The translations under genes and the position numbers were made by a program. Positions 27,863-35,220 of a stretch of 43,024 nt of DNA are shown one piece after another (the first letter of the stretch is position 1; every line of letters begins with the position of its first letter). Origin of the DNA: a virus (taxonomy: Duplodnaviria; Caudoviricetes). Location of the stretch: positions 1 to 43,024 of the IMG/VR virus record IMGVR_UViG_3300049982_000043, one strand, 5' to 3'. The notes under the pieces were generated by a model, which saw only the letters and a program-made list of their open reading frames with translations, did no database searches and had not been told where the DNA came from.

Positions 27863-27931
27863 GGCAAACCCTCCCCAAAAGCCCATAGCCAATTTCCCTC
27901 GCGATCAACGGTCTAAGCCGATTGGTTGTTT

Positions 27932-28060
27932 TTAATTGAAGCTGTCGTCTTGCCAGGGCCATGCGCCATCGAAGTCTTCCTCGTCCAGCTTCGAGCCAGC
28001 CCAGACCGCCGCGGCCACCAAAACCGCCGTCACTACCGCTGCAACAATCAGTGTCACCAT
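27932..28060 (-). CDS. Small single-TM protein (42 aa, not in ORF track)
   Basis: MVTLIVAAVVTAVLVAAAVWAG + acidic tail; GGGAGG SD. Confidence 0.5.
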   Translation of the reverse strand: MVTLIVAAVVTAVLVAAAVWAGSKLDEEDFDGAWPWQDDSFN

Positions 28061-28073
28061 CACGCCTCCCGTT

Positions 28074-28277
28074 TTAGCGCCACACTCCCCAGTCACCCCG
28101 GTTACCTCGCTGCCACTGCGCGCTGCAGTCGTCTCTCAGCTGCTGGACGGCTTCCTTGCCGCGCCGCTTTTCAGCAGCGTCGAGAAATTTCTGACTGCGC
28201 TCCAGGCTTTCGCAACGCAGCTTCAGGACGTGCCGCACTTCGCATCTGTGCCGGTCATCCCGCTTTTGCTTTGTCAT
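28074..28277 (-). CDS. Conserved hypothetical phage protein
   Basis: RHRCEVRHVL...QWQRGNRGDWGVW pattern common in prophages; start uncertain (28277 or 28337). Confidence 0.6.
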   Translation of the reverse strand: MTKQKRDDRHRCEVRHVLKLRCESLERSQKFLDAAEKRRGKEAVQQLRDDCSAQWQRGNRGDWGVWR

Positions 28278-28419
28278 TCTCTTGCCGCTCCGCCTGCCCG
28301 TTGGTCCACCCGAGCCAGAACGATTTGCCTTTTTCATGTTTTGGTTCCTCCCCGCCGGTCAGTCCGTACCGGTAGCCGGCCTTGTATTCGGCTTGCGCCT
28401 GGTGCCCGACCTTCGTCAT
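28255..28419 (-). CDS. Small protein with RMF-like GY..G...W.GW..G pattern
   Basis: MTKVGHQAQAEYKAGYRYGLTG...FWLGWTNGQ; ATGA overlap with replication gene. Confidence 0.45.
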   Translation of the reverse strand: MTKVGHQAQAEYKAGYRYGLTGGEEPKHEKGKSFWLGWTNGQAERQENDKAKAG

Positions 28420-29348
28420 GCCCCCGCCGATCTGCCAGGTATCTTGGGAAGCAATGAACGGAGCGAGCCTTTTGCTGCACCGCCGGCACCGTTGAATCCT
28501 TCGGTGCGCGCCCCCTGCGGTAACAGCTCCAGCCATGGACCCTCGCCGGCGGCAATGAAGACGCGATCTTTCCAGTGCGGCCACAGCTCATCGGCGCCCT
28601 GTTCCAGGCCGAGCGCGGCGCCCTTCTTGTCGATCAGCGTGTTCGACTTCCACCATTCGGCGCCGTCCTCGCCAACAGCCTTGCCGCCGTTGGGCGACTT
28701 CTCGGCCTCCTTGATGCACCAGTTCTGCCATGTGGCGAACCAGTCGACCTTGGTGGCGTCCTTTCCGGATTTGGCTATCCAATAGTTTTTGAACACGGTG
28801 GCAATGGTGCGCACCTTGTCGGCATCCCATCCCGGGTATTCCGCCAGTGCCCATTCACCCCATTTTTTTGGCAAAAGCCATTCCGCCTGCAGCCGCTTCC
28901 CGCGGGAAGCGGCCTGAGGGTTCCCTTTGGGTTCCTCTTTGGGTTCTTGTGGGTTCCGTGTACCGTTTTCGGTACTCTTTGCGGGAAAAACGGTACTGTT
29001 ATCGGGGGATTTCGGTACTGTTTCTTGGGAATTCTGGAACTGTTCCGTTTTCGGAACCGTTCCGCTTTCGGCATCCTTAGTACGGGTGAAGTTGAATTTG
29101 TAGACCTTCACTTGTCCTGTCTTCCCGGTGCGCCTTCCGCTATCCGCCAGATAGCCCATCAATTCGAGTTTGTCTAAAGCCGCGATGACTGTTTTCCGGT
29201 CCTGTCCGGTCTTCTGACTCAGTGCCGCGATAGAGGGCCAGGCTAGTCCATCGTGCTGCGCGTTATCGCCGAGCGACACCAGGACGAACTTCACCGATGA
29301 CGGTTTGATGTGCTGGTTAAATGCCCACTGCATGGCCTCTATGCTCAA
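28416..29348 (-). CDS. Replication initiation protein (HTH, lambda O-like architecture)
   Basis: MSIEAMQWA...LAWPSIAALSQKTG N-terminal HTH; iteron-coded linker; DWFATWQNW C-terminal motif. Confidence 0.85.
   Translation of the reverse strand: MSIEAMQWAFNQHIKPSSVKFVLVSLGDNAQHDGLAWPSIAALSQKTGQDRKTVIAALDKLELMGYLADSGRRTGKTGQVKVYKFNFTRTKDAESGTVPKTEQFQNSQETVPKSPDNSTVFPAKSTENGTRNPQEPKEEPKGNPQAASRGKRLQAEWLLPKKWGEWALAEYPGWDADKVRTIATVFKNYWIAKSGKDATKVDWFATWQNWCIKEAEKSPNGGKAVGEDGAEWWKSNTLIDKKGAALGLEQGADELWPHWKDRVFIAAGEGPWLELLPQGARTEGFNGAGGAAKGSLRSLLPKIPGRSAGA
28918..29072. repeat. Putative replication origin iterons within the initiator gene
   Basis: CGGTACT at 28970, 28991, 29013, variants TGGAACT 29035 and CGGAACC 29052 (mostly 21-22-bp spacing); GGGTTC repeats at 28918-28956. 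Confidence 0.65.
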
Positions 29349-29878
29349 TTCGCCACCTTCAATTGACCGCTTTCGATCAGCGAGATGAGATAAACAGACG
29401 TGGCTTCCCAGTCAGTCACGACCGCAGGAACGGTGAGCAAAACAGCGCCGCCGACGAGCTTGCCGGCTTTGACCAGGGCGATGATGGTCAGGCATATGTG
29501 CTTGTACTCAAACGACCACCAGTCCACCTTCTTCAGGTGCCCGCCTTGATCGTGTTGGAGATGACAGCCCACATAACCGGGGCCGTCCGCGCATAGCGCG
29601 ATCGCCGTTGCATCGGATGCCTTGATGCTCCGCCCCTTGCCGAACCGCAGCTGGTTGGAGTGCGCGGGCTGGGTGCGCAGGTTGACGCCGCAGCAGACGC
29701 ACGGCAAAGAACGTACGGCCGCCAGATACGCCTCGGACCGGAAAATGGAGTCGGCCTTGATGCGGCGCTTGACCCGCATCTTCTTTGCGCCTTGCCCCAG
29801 CGGCTTGACGCTCGGCCCGAACGCCGATCGCTTCATCGACTTGGTGCTTGCGTTGAATGTGCTGTTCCAGGCTTTCAT
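29345..29878 (-). CDS. DUF968/DUF1364-like Zn-binding HNH-type protein
   Basis: RSEAYLAAVRSLPCVCCG...AHSN...KASD...LC...CH..HD. Confidence 0.65.
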   Translation of the reverse strand: MKAWNSTFNASTKSMKRSAFGPSVKPLGQGAKKMRVKRRIKADSIFRSEAYLAAVRSLPCVCCGVNLRTQPAHSNQLRFGKGRSIKASDATAIALCADGPGYVGCHLQHDQGGHLKKVDWWSFEYKHICLTIIALVKAGKLVGGAVLLTVPAVVTDWEATSVYLISLIESGQLKVAN

Positions 29879-30108
29879 GCAGCCTCAGCCTTCATAGTCT
29901 GCGCAAGCGTCACGACCTCTTCGGCGAGCTGCCGCCGGTACTTCAAGGCGATGCTGACCATTGCGGATCGCTGAGCCGGTGTCAGGTCTTTGTCGGGGTG
30001 GGTGCGAGCCTGCAGTGCGATCACGAGAACAATGCTTTTGGTCTTGCTCGCAAAAGGCATGTTCACCTCCCGCAGCGCCCGAGCGATTTTGATTTCTTCG
30101 GCCGTCAT
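29875..30108 (-). CDS. Hypothetical protein
   Basis: 77 aa, GGGG SD, ATGA overlap downstream. Confidence 0.55.
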   Translation of the reverse strand: MTAEEIKIARALREVNMPFASKTKSIVLVIALQARTHPDKDLTPAQRSAMVSIALKYRRQLAEEVVTLAQTMKAEAA

Positions 30109-30278
30109 GTCCCCGCCCTGTTGATGATACTCAAAACTTCTTGTTCTTTTGCCAATTACAATCTATGCTGGAATAGTGTTGCCGTTTTTATAATTAATAC
30201 ATACGGGGAGCCTCACCATGCCTACGCAAATACCGCGTCCTTCTTTCGTCTCGCCTGCCTCTAGACGACGAGACTGAA

Positions 30279-30635
30279 TTAACCGAGGGTCCGATCGGTC
30301 TTTCGCCGCGTCGGCGCCGCCTGGTCTTCCTTCCGCCGGCCGTAATGCGGTTTGCCTGCTTCCGAATTGCGGAGAACAGCCCAGTCGACGTCTGGTCGTA
30401 GCTGCTCGCACGTAACCGCGCCGTTCACTGCTCCCTCAATCGCGGGACAGTGCTCTGCTGGCACGCGCCTGCCCGGCAGCGACCATTGCCCGACCGCGCC
30501 TTTCGTCACTTCGAGGTGTTTTGCGAACAGCGCCATCGACCGGCGGCCGCCTGGCACATGCAGCGCTCCGAATACCTCGATTGCTTTGTCAATCGCTTGT
30601 TCAGGAGTCAGTTCGGGAGTCAATTCGGGAGTCAT
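30279..30635 (-). CDS. cro: Cro-like (YdaS-type) repressor with RRxxD-containing tail
   Basis: HTH (FAKHLEVTKGAVGQW), CPAIE...LRPDVDW signature; divergent from cI. Confidence 0.85.
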   Translation of the reverse strand: MTPELTPELTPEQAIDKAIEVFGALHVPGGRRSMALFAKHLEVTKGAVGQWSLPGRRVPAEHCPAIEGAVNGAVTCEQLRPDVDWAVLRNSEAGKPHYGRRKEDQAAPTRRKTDRTLG

Positions 30636-30666
30636 TTCATGAGTATTGTTGATACACGGTACAGCG

Positions 30667-30695
30667 AGTCTAGTTTATCTATACATCATAGTCAA
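30667..30695 (-). promoter_or_regulatory. pR-like promoter (TTGACT-17-TAGACT)
   Basis: Near-consensus sigma70 elements overlapping two operators, pointing to cro. Confidence 0.75.
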
Positions 30696-30731
30696 GAAAT
30701 TCTATCCCCTATGCGTTTAGTTCCTCTATAC
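30668..30731. promoter_or_regulatory. OR operator region: three 17-bp sites
   Basis: GTCTAG-N5-CTATAC (30668-84), GTCAAG-N5-CTATCC (30691-707), GTTTAG-N5-CTATAC (30715-31); consensus GTATAG-N5-CTATAC. Confidence 0.85.
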
Positions 30732-30740
30732 GATCGCGTC

Positions 30741-31526
30741 ATGGATATACAAGACACGATCGCGACATGGATTCGCGACGCTAGAAAACGCGCAGGACTA
30801 TCCGGGGCGGATCTGGGGGCAAAGCTTTCTCTAGAGCTCGGGACGGAGCGCGGCCATACAAAGGGCAATATTTCGCATTGGGAATTGGGAAAGCATCAGC
30901 CGAGTATTGAACAGCTGCGGGCCATCAGCAAAATTACGGGTGTCGCGCTTCCCGCTGATGTATTTACGACCAGCTACGACCATTTGATAGACCAAGCCAG
31001 CAACGCCAGAGAAGCGCGAGAGCGTCGGACGTCCTTCGGCCGCCGCTCGACTGATGTAGTGCCCGCCACCACCATCGTAGGTGTTCACGGCGCCCTGGAT
31101 CACGCGGACATTGCCGAAATCAGGAAGGTTAAGATACGCCTCTCAGCGGGCATTGCTGGGTTCTCGATCGATCCAGAGACGGGGGACGGGAACCCGATCT
31201 TCTTCCGGCAGGACTGGCTAGACCAAAAGGGATATAAGGCGGAAAAGCTGCTCGCGGTGGGGGTCCGGGGCCCGAGCATGGAACCGTCTCTGTTCGCGGG
31301 CGACATTGTCGTCATCAACGTCGCGGACGCCGAGCCCCGGGATGGCGACGTGTACGCTGTCAATTATGAGGGTGAGTATGTCATCAAGCGCCTTACGCGC
31401 AACGCCGGCAAATGGTGGCTGACATCAGACAATCCGGATAAACGGCGATTCCCCGACAAGGAGTGCGCGGACGACTCATGCATTCTGGTCGGCCGGGTAA
31501 TCTACAAGCAGAGCGAACGAGTTTAA
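30741..31526 (+). CDS. cI: CI-like repressor (XRE HTH + S24 autopeptidase), probably leaderless
   Basis: HTH (GNISHWELGKHQP), SAG cleavage site, GPSMEP Ser and VIKRL Lys; TACGAT -10 ends 6 nt before ATG, no SD. Confidence 0.92.
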   Translation: MDIQDTIATWIRDARKRAGLSGADLGAKLSLELGTERGHTKGNISHWELGKHQPSIEQLRAISKITGVALPADVFTTSYDHLIDQASNAREARERRTSFGRRSTDVVPATTIVGVHGALDHADIAEIRKVKIRLSAGIAGFSIDPETGDGNPIFFRQDWLDQKGYKAEKLLAVGVRGPSMEPSLFAGDIVVINVADAEPRDGDVYAVNYEGEYVIKRLTRNAGKWWLTSDNPDKRRFPDKECADDSCILVGRVIYKQSERV

Positions 31527-31546
31527 AATAACAAGCGGAGGGAGAC

Positions 31547-32053
31547 ATGAAGCGATATGTGCGGGCGCTGGTTCTCGGGGTATGCGTGGCGACAGCTGGT
31601 GTCGCGCACGCGGATGCGACGCAAGAGTTTGATTCCATGGCGAGCGTCCTGGAACAGCGACTCGACAAAGGGGAAATTACCGAGATGATGTTCGCCAAGG
31701 ACATGGCCGACCTTGCAAAGGCCATTTTCCCCAACGATTACCGCTACCAGTCCCTGCGCAATTACCGGGTATTGCTCGCCTCTCGACTGGAGCGCGGCGA
31801 CATCAAGCGAGATGAATTTGAATACCTCTGGTCGGAGAAGCGCCTTCAGTATTTGGCGGACCGCGAAAAGGACCGCCATCAACAGGTCCAGGCGCTGCAG
31901 CAACAAGATGCCTCAGACCAGGCTGCTCGGGATATGGCGATCGGCCATGCCCTTGGAAGCTTCGGCCGATCGATCACGAATGCCACACGCCCGACTGGCG
32001 TGCGCTGTGTCTCAACCCCGGTCGGCGCCTCCGTCTCTACCTACTGCAACTGA
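31547..32053 (+). CDS. Exported protein co-transcribed with cI (superinfection-exclusion/moron candidate)
   Basis: GGAGGGAG SD; Sec signal peptide (AHA-D); C-terminal CVSTPVGASVSTYCN. Confidence 0.7.
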   Translation: MKRYVRALVLGVCVATAGVAHADATQEFDSMASVLEQRLDKGEITEMMFAKDMADLAKAIFPNDYRYQSLRNYRVLLASRLERGDIKRDEFEYLWSEKRLQYLADREKDRHQQVQALQQQDASDQAARDMAIGHALGSFGRSITNATRPTGVRCVSTPVGASVSTYCN

Positions 32054-32341
32054 TCTAGTGCATGACTGACCGGCTTCGTGCTGCGCTTCATGTAGCGCGA
32101 TCGGGATAACGGCCTCGACCTCTTCAGCGAGCCCGGATAGCAGCCATCGAAGATTGTCCTTTACTACGTCGCTCCATGCGTCGAAGCCAGGGCCGCTCGT
32201 AATAAGCGTAAGCGATGCCACCTGCGCTGCCCTCATGCGCAGGTAGTCGCACGCCTCACCCTCTTCGAATGAAACGGTTACCCCGCGGAAGTTTGAAAAT
32301 GTCCCGATGATTCTCTGCTTCGTGCTGCCAGTGCTGCTCAT
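32012..32341 (-). CDS. Hypothetical protein
   Basis: 109 aa, GGAG SD, AT-rich upstream region, divergent from the Arc gene. Confidence 0.55.
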   Translation of the reverse strand: MSSTGSTKQRIIGTFSNFRGVTVSFEEGEACDYLRMRAAQVASLTLITSGPGFDAWSDVVKDNLRWLLSGLAEEVEAVIPIALHEAQHEAGQSCTRSVAVGRDGGADRG

Positions 32342-32516
32342 ACTGATCTCCGTGTTGTCTTATTCGGGCCTCCCAGACCCTTGATTCCTGTAAGGAAACG
32401 ATATCAGGCTTTTGCCTGTTAATATTTCCCATTAGAAACATTATCACAAAGAGCGCCGAGATAATGTCACGGTGCCACCATTTTATTTATGGCTCCCCGC
32501 CAGTATTCTTCGCCGG

Positions 32517-32957
32517 ATGAAAGCAACAAAAACAACGACGCCAGCCAAGGAGCAAGACAAATTTAACCTTCGCTTCCCTGAGGGCATGCGCGAGCAAGTC
32601 GAGGAGGCCGCCGAGTATGAAGACCGCTCAATGAATTCGGAGATGATCCGAGCCATTCGCACTTGGTTGGATCGTCAGACCGCAATAAAACGCTGGGCGC
32701 CACCAATGCTCATCGACGAAATCGAGCACCGGGCAGCGGAAGCGGGCGTTGGATTTGGCGAAATGCTCAATGCCGTGCTGGCCGCCGGTCTACGCGAAGA
32801 CGCGCCGCAGGTCCTGTATATCTCCGTTGCACCAGGTTCGACAGCTCAGGACATCCGCGCCGCGCTGGACGCCACACGCGACGCAGCACCCCCGAATACG
32901 CCGATTTTCATCGACCATCAACCGCGGCCGATAGAACAGCCGCCGACAAAGCCGTAA
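32517..32957 (+). CDS. Arc/Mnt-family ribbon-helix-helix regulator with C-terminal extension
   Basis: DKFNLRFPEGMREQVEEAAEYEDRSMNSEMI Arc signature. Confidence 0.8.
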   Translation: MKATKTTTPAKEQDKFNLRFPEGMREQVEEAAEYEDRSMNSEMIRAIRTWLDRQTAIKRWAPPMLIDEIEHRAAEAGVGFGEMLNAVLAAGLREDAPQVLYISVAPGSTAQDIRAALDATRDAAPPNTPIFIDHQPRPIEQPPTKP

Positions 32958-33039
32958 CGCGCCATCGGCCGAGAGCCCGATTTTCTTTCCCCCTTCCGTA
33001 TCTAACTGACTAGCCAGTCATAAAAACCTCGTTTCGATG

Positions 33040-33081
33040 GTATAGTTTTCCTTGACGCTTGCAGTATAGACTCTCTATACT
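33040..33081 (+). promoter_or_regulatory. OL operators and pL-like promoter
   Basis: GTATAG-TTTTC-CTTGAC (33040-56) and perfect GTATAG-ACTCT-CTATAC (33064-80); TTGACG-18-TATACT promoter overlaps both. Confidence 0.85.
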
Positions 33082-33117
33082 TTCCTCCGTAAGCAGTATT
33101 AACTGACGGAGGCGGGA

Positions 33118-33270
33118 ATGTTGGCAATAAAAAATACCAGGACAGGGGAGGTATGCCGCGGGGTGTTCTACACCGCCGACGAATGCCATGTGTACGCCCG
33201 GTCCCAAGGCTTCACAGCGTACGAGATTTCCAAGAACGGCAAGGTCGTTGAAACGGTAGATGCAGCATGA
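33118..33270 (+). CDS. First pL gene, 50-aa hypothetical (not in ORF track)
   Basis: GGAGG SD; MLAIKNTRTGEVCRG...; ATGA overlap with next gene. Confidence 0.6.
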   Translation: MLAIKNTRTGEVCRGVFYTADECHVYARSQGFTAYEISKNGKVVETVDAA

Positions 33271-33530
33271 CAGCCGCCACCACGCGCGGCCGCGTCATGC
33301 CGATAGAGCGTTTCGAGTCCTCTGTCTGGTCGATCGTCCAAAAGCGCTCCGGCTGGGACGGCCGCTATCCGCAATCGGCGAAGAATGTCGGGCTGCATGC
33401 CTGGCATAGGACCTGTATCCGCGATGCCTACGACAACGCGCGATCCATGGTTTCAATGGCCGGCGAAATCATTACCGACCTGAAGAAGCATGGCGCCGCC
33501 TTCAATTTGCCAGGAGGTGCGACATGCTGA
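33267..33530 (+). CDS. Hypothetical protein
   Basis: 87 aa in overlapping pL gene chain. Confidence 0.55.
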   Translation: MTAATTRGRVMPIERFESSVWSIVQKRSGWDGRYPQSAKNVGLHAWHRTCIRDAYDNARSMVSMAGEIITDLKKHGAAFNLPGGATC

Positions 33531-33742
33531 CCTACCGGAGAGTGGCTCAGACGTTGATGCTGCCGTTCTGCTGGCTCCGAGGCCACCACTACAACACGCC
33601 CGATTTCCACCCGAAGGCGCTGTATTTCTGCACCCGCTGCGGGCGCGAAATACTCGGTCGAACATACGACGACATTGAGCCGATGACGGATGAAGAGTGG
33701 CAGCAGGAAAGGCGCGAGCGCGACCTGCGGGAGGGCCTCTAG
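33524..33742 (+). CDS. Small Zn-ribbon protein (DUF1660-like)
   Basis: FCWLRGHHY...CTRCG; AGGAGG SD. Confidence 0.6.
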   Translation: MLTYRRVAQTLMLPFCWLRGHHYNTPDFHPKALYFCTRCGREILGRTYDDIEPMTDEEWQQERRERDLREGL

Positions 33743-33743
33743 C

Positions 33744-34025
33744 GTGAACTCGACAATAAAGAGATCTATAGCCCGTTCGCGACACGCCGCGCTCAAATTC
33801 ATCGAAGAAGAATTGGCTAACTACGACCGCACTGGCGAAAAGTGCGACTACTACGCGACATGGGGTGTTCTTCGGGCTTACTTCCGCGGACTCTTGATTT
33901 CACAGTCGGAGCGTGATGTCTTTCGTGATCGCCTGCATGCAATGCGTATTCGGCGGGATCCGGTCTTTGCCGGCGCCCTCAAAAAGCTGCAGGACGAAGA
34001 GCGGCAATTGGAGGCGGGCACATGA
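33744..34025 (+). CDS. Hypothetical protein
   Basis: GTG start after GGAGGG; ATGA overlap downstream. Confidence 0.5.
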   Translation: MNSTIKRSIARSRHAALKFIEEELANYDRTGEKCDYYATWGVLRAYFRGLLISQSERDVFRDRLHAMRIRRDPVFAGALKKLQDEERQLEAGT

Positions 34026-34321
34026 ACTCGAAGACCATGCCGGATCCGGTCATATCCCTCGATAAAGCGCTGGAATCCATCAAGGCAGCCCGCGCCGCGA
34101 TCGCCCAGATCAATATCGCCGAACCTGTACCGGATGAGCGCCGCAAGCACGCCGACTGGTATCCGCTGTTGCGCCGCATGGTCCTCGCCCAGATCAATGG
34201 CGACTACGAAGCCGGCGAGCGCTTCAACCACATCATGGCCGAACACGGCATGCCGAATAACGAGGCCGAGTTCGATGCATTAATGGAACTGGCCGCCAAA
34301 GCAATGGGAGTGCGCGCGTGA
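34022..34321 (+). CDS. Hypothetical protein
   Basis: 99 aa, GGAGG SD. Confidence 0.6.
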   Translation: MNSKTMPDPVISLDKALESIKAARAAIAQINIAEPVPDERRKHADWYPLLRRMVLAQINGDYEAGERFNHIMAEHGMPNNEAEFDALMELAAKAMGVRA

Positions 34322-34425
34322 AAACCCTTTTCAATCCGAACGACTGGCTGGGTCGCCATCCGGCCGTCTGCCTGGTCTTGATCGCCGTGCTGGTGTTGAT
34401 CGAGGGAGCACTGACCCATGCGTAG
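34318..34425 (+). CDS. Small single-TM protein (35 aa, not in ORF track)
   Basis: GTGA overlap; MKTLFNPNDWLGRHPAVCLVLIAVLVLIEG. Confidence 0.45.
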   Translation: MKTLFNPNDWLGRHPAVCLVLIAVLVLIEGALTHA

Positions 34426-34762
34426 GCCTCGCCCGACGCCGATGTCCGCAAACCCGCGGGCAATCGCGCTGATGATCGCGCAATCCAGCCCAACGCCGTT
34501 TCTCTATTCCGGCATGGTCATCCGGGTCAGCTCGCTTTGCGTCCGCCCACGGATGACGCTCTCGGAAAGGGTTTTGGTTACCCAAGAATTCCGCGACGAG
34601 ATGAACGCCTGGATGCTCGAATTCTTCGGTACCGAAGATTGTGTTTTTTTCTTCAGGGACCCGACCACCGGGAAGAAAACCTGCGTGCTGAGCCCGGGCG
34701 CCGCCGAGATCCTGCGGAAGTCGCCAAAGCCGTCCCTCGATCGCTTCGGAGTCATCTTATGA
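34418..34762 (+). CDS. Hypothetical protein
   Basis: 114 aa, GGGAG SD; EFRDEMNAWMLEFFG. Confidence 0.55.
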   Translation: MRRPRPTPMSANPRAIALMIAQSSPTPFLYSGMVIRVSSLCVRPRMTLSERVLVTQEFRDEMNAWMLEFFGTEDCVFFFRDPTTGKKTCVLSPGAAEILRKSPKPSLDRFGVIL

Positions 34763-34851
34763 CCTTCTTCTACCTGTTCCGGTATTACCGCAGCTGTGGC
34801 TATCACCCACTGGTCGCGATAAAGCGTGCCATCCGCATGATGGCGAAATAA
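34759..34851 (+). CDS. Small hypothetical protein (30 aa)
   Basis: ATGA overlap; MTFFYLFRYYRSCGYHPLVAIKRA. Confidence 0.45.
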   Translation: MTFFYLFRYYRSCGYHPLVAIKRAIRMMAK

Positions 34852-34872
34852 CTAATAAGCGAGGGAATCCCT

Positions 34873-35193
34873 ATGAACGGACCAAAAATTGTGTGTGCCG
34901 GCTGCGGCGAAGAAACCGCCATGATGAAGCCTGTTTGCGACAGATGCATGCAAGGCGGCGCGCCAGACGAGAGCGGCGAAAAAGACCTAATGGACAAGGC
35001 GCTGAATCTCGTCGGCGCCAACGTCATCCCACTGTCGGCGGCCGATCGCCTTCCGTTTGTGACTGCGCTGGCGACCGTCCTGGTCCTGCTCATTCGCGAC
35101 ACTGGCGGCGACGAGTTTGCCCGCGGATTCCTTGGCGGCGCGGTGAAAAGCCTGAACAAGCCGAAGGAAATCTCCTTTCGCTTGCCGCACTGA
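34873..35193 (+). CDS. Hypothetical protein with N-terminal CxxC..CxxC
   Basis: GAGGGA SD; CAGC...CDRC. Confidence 0.55.
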   Translation: MNGPKIVCAGCGEETAMMKPVCDRCMQGGAPDESGEKDLMDKALNLVGANVIPLSAADRLPFVTALATVLVLLIRDTGGDEFARGFLGGAVKSLNKPKEISFRLPH

Positions 35194-35220
35194 ACCCCAA
35201 CAGACCGTAGAGGATCAATA

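Noticed and set aside
30450-30740. Longer 358-aa CI start given by the ORF track
   Set aside because: The extension overlaps cro and the operators; the HTH starts at ATG 30741, just after a -10 element
32960-33025. Terminator after the Arc gene
   Set aside because: The stem is short and mismatched; not well enough supported
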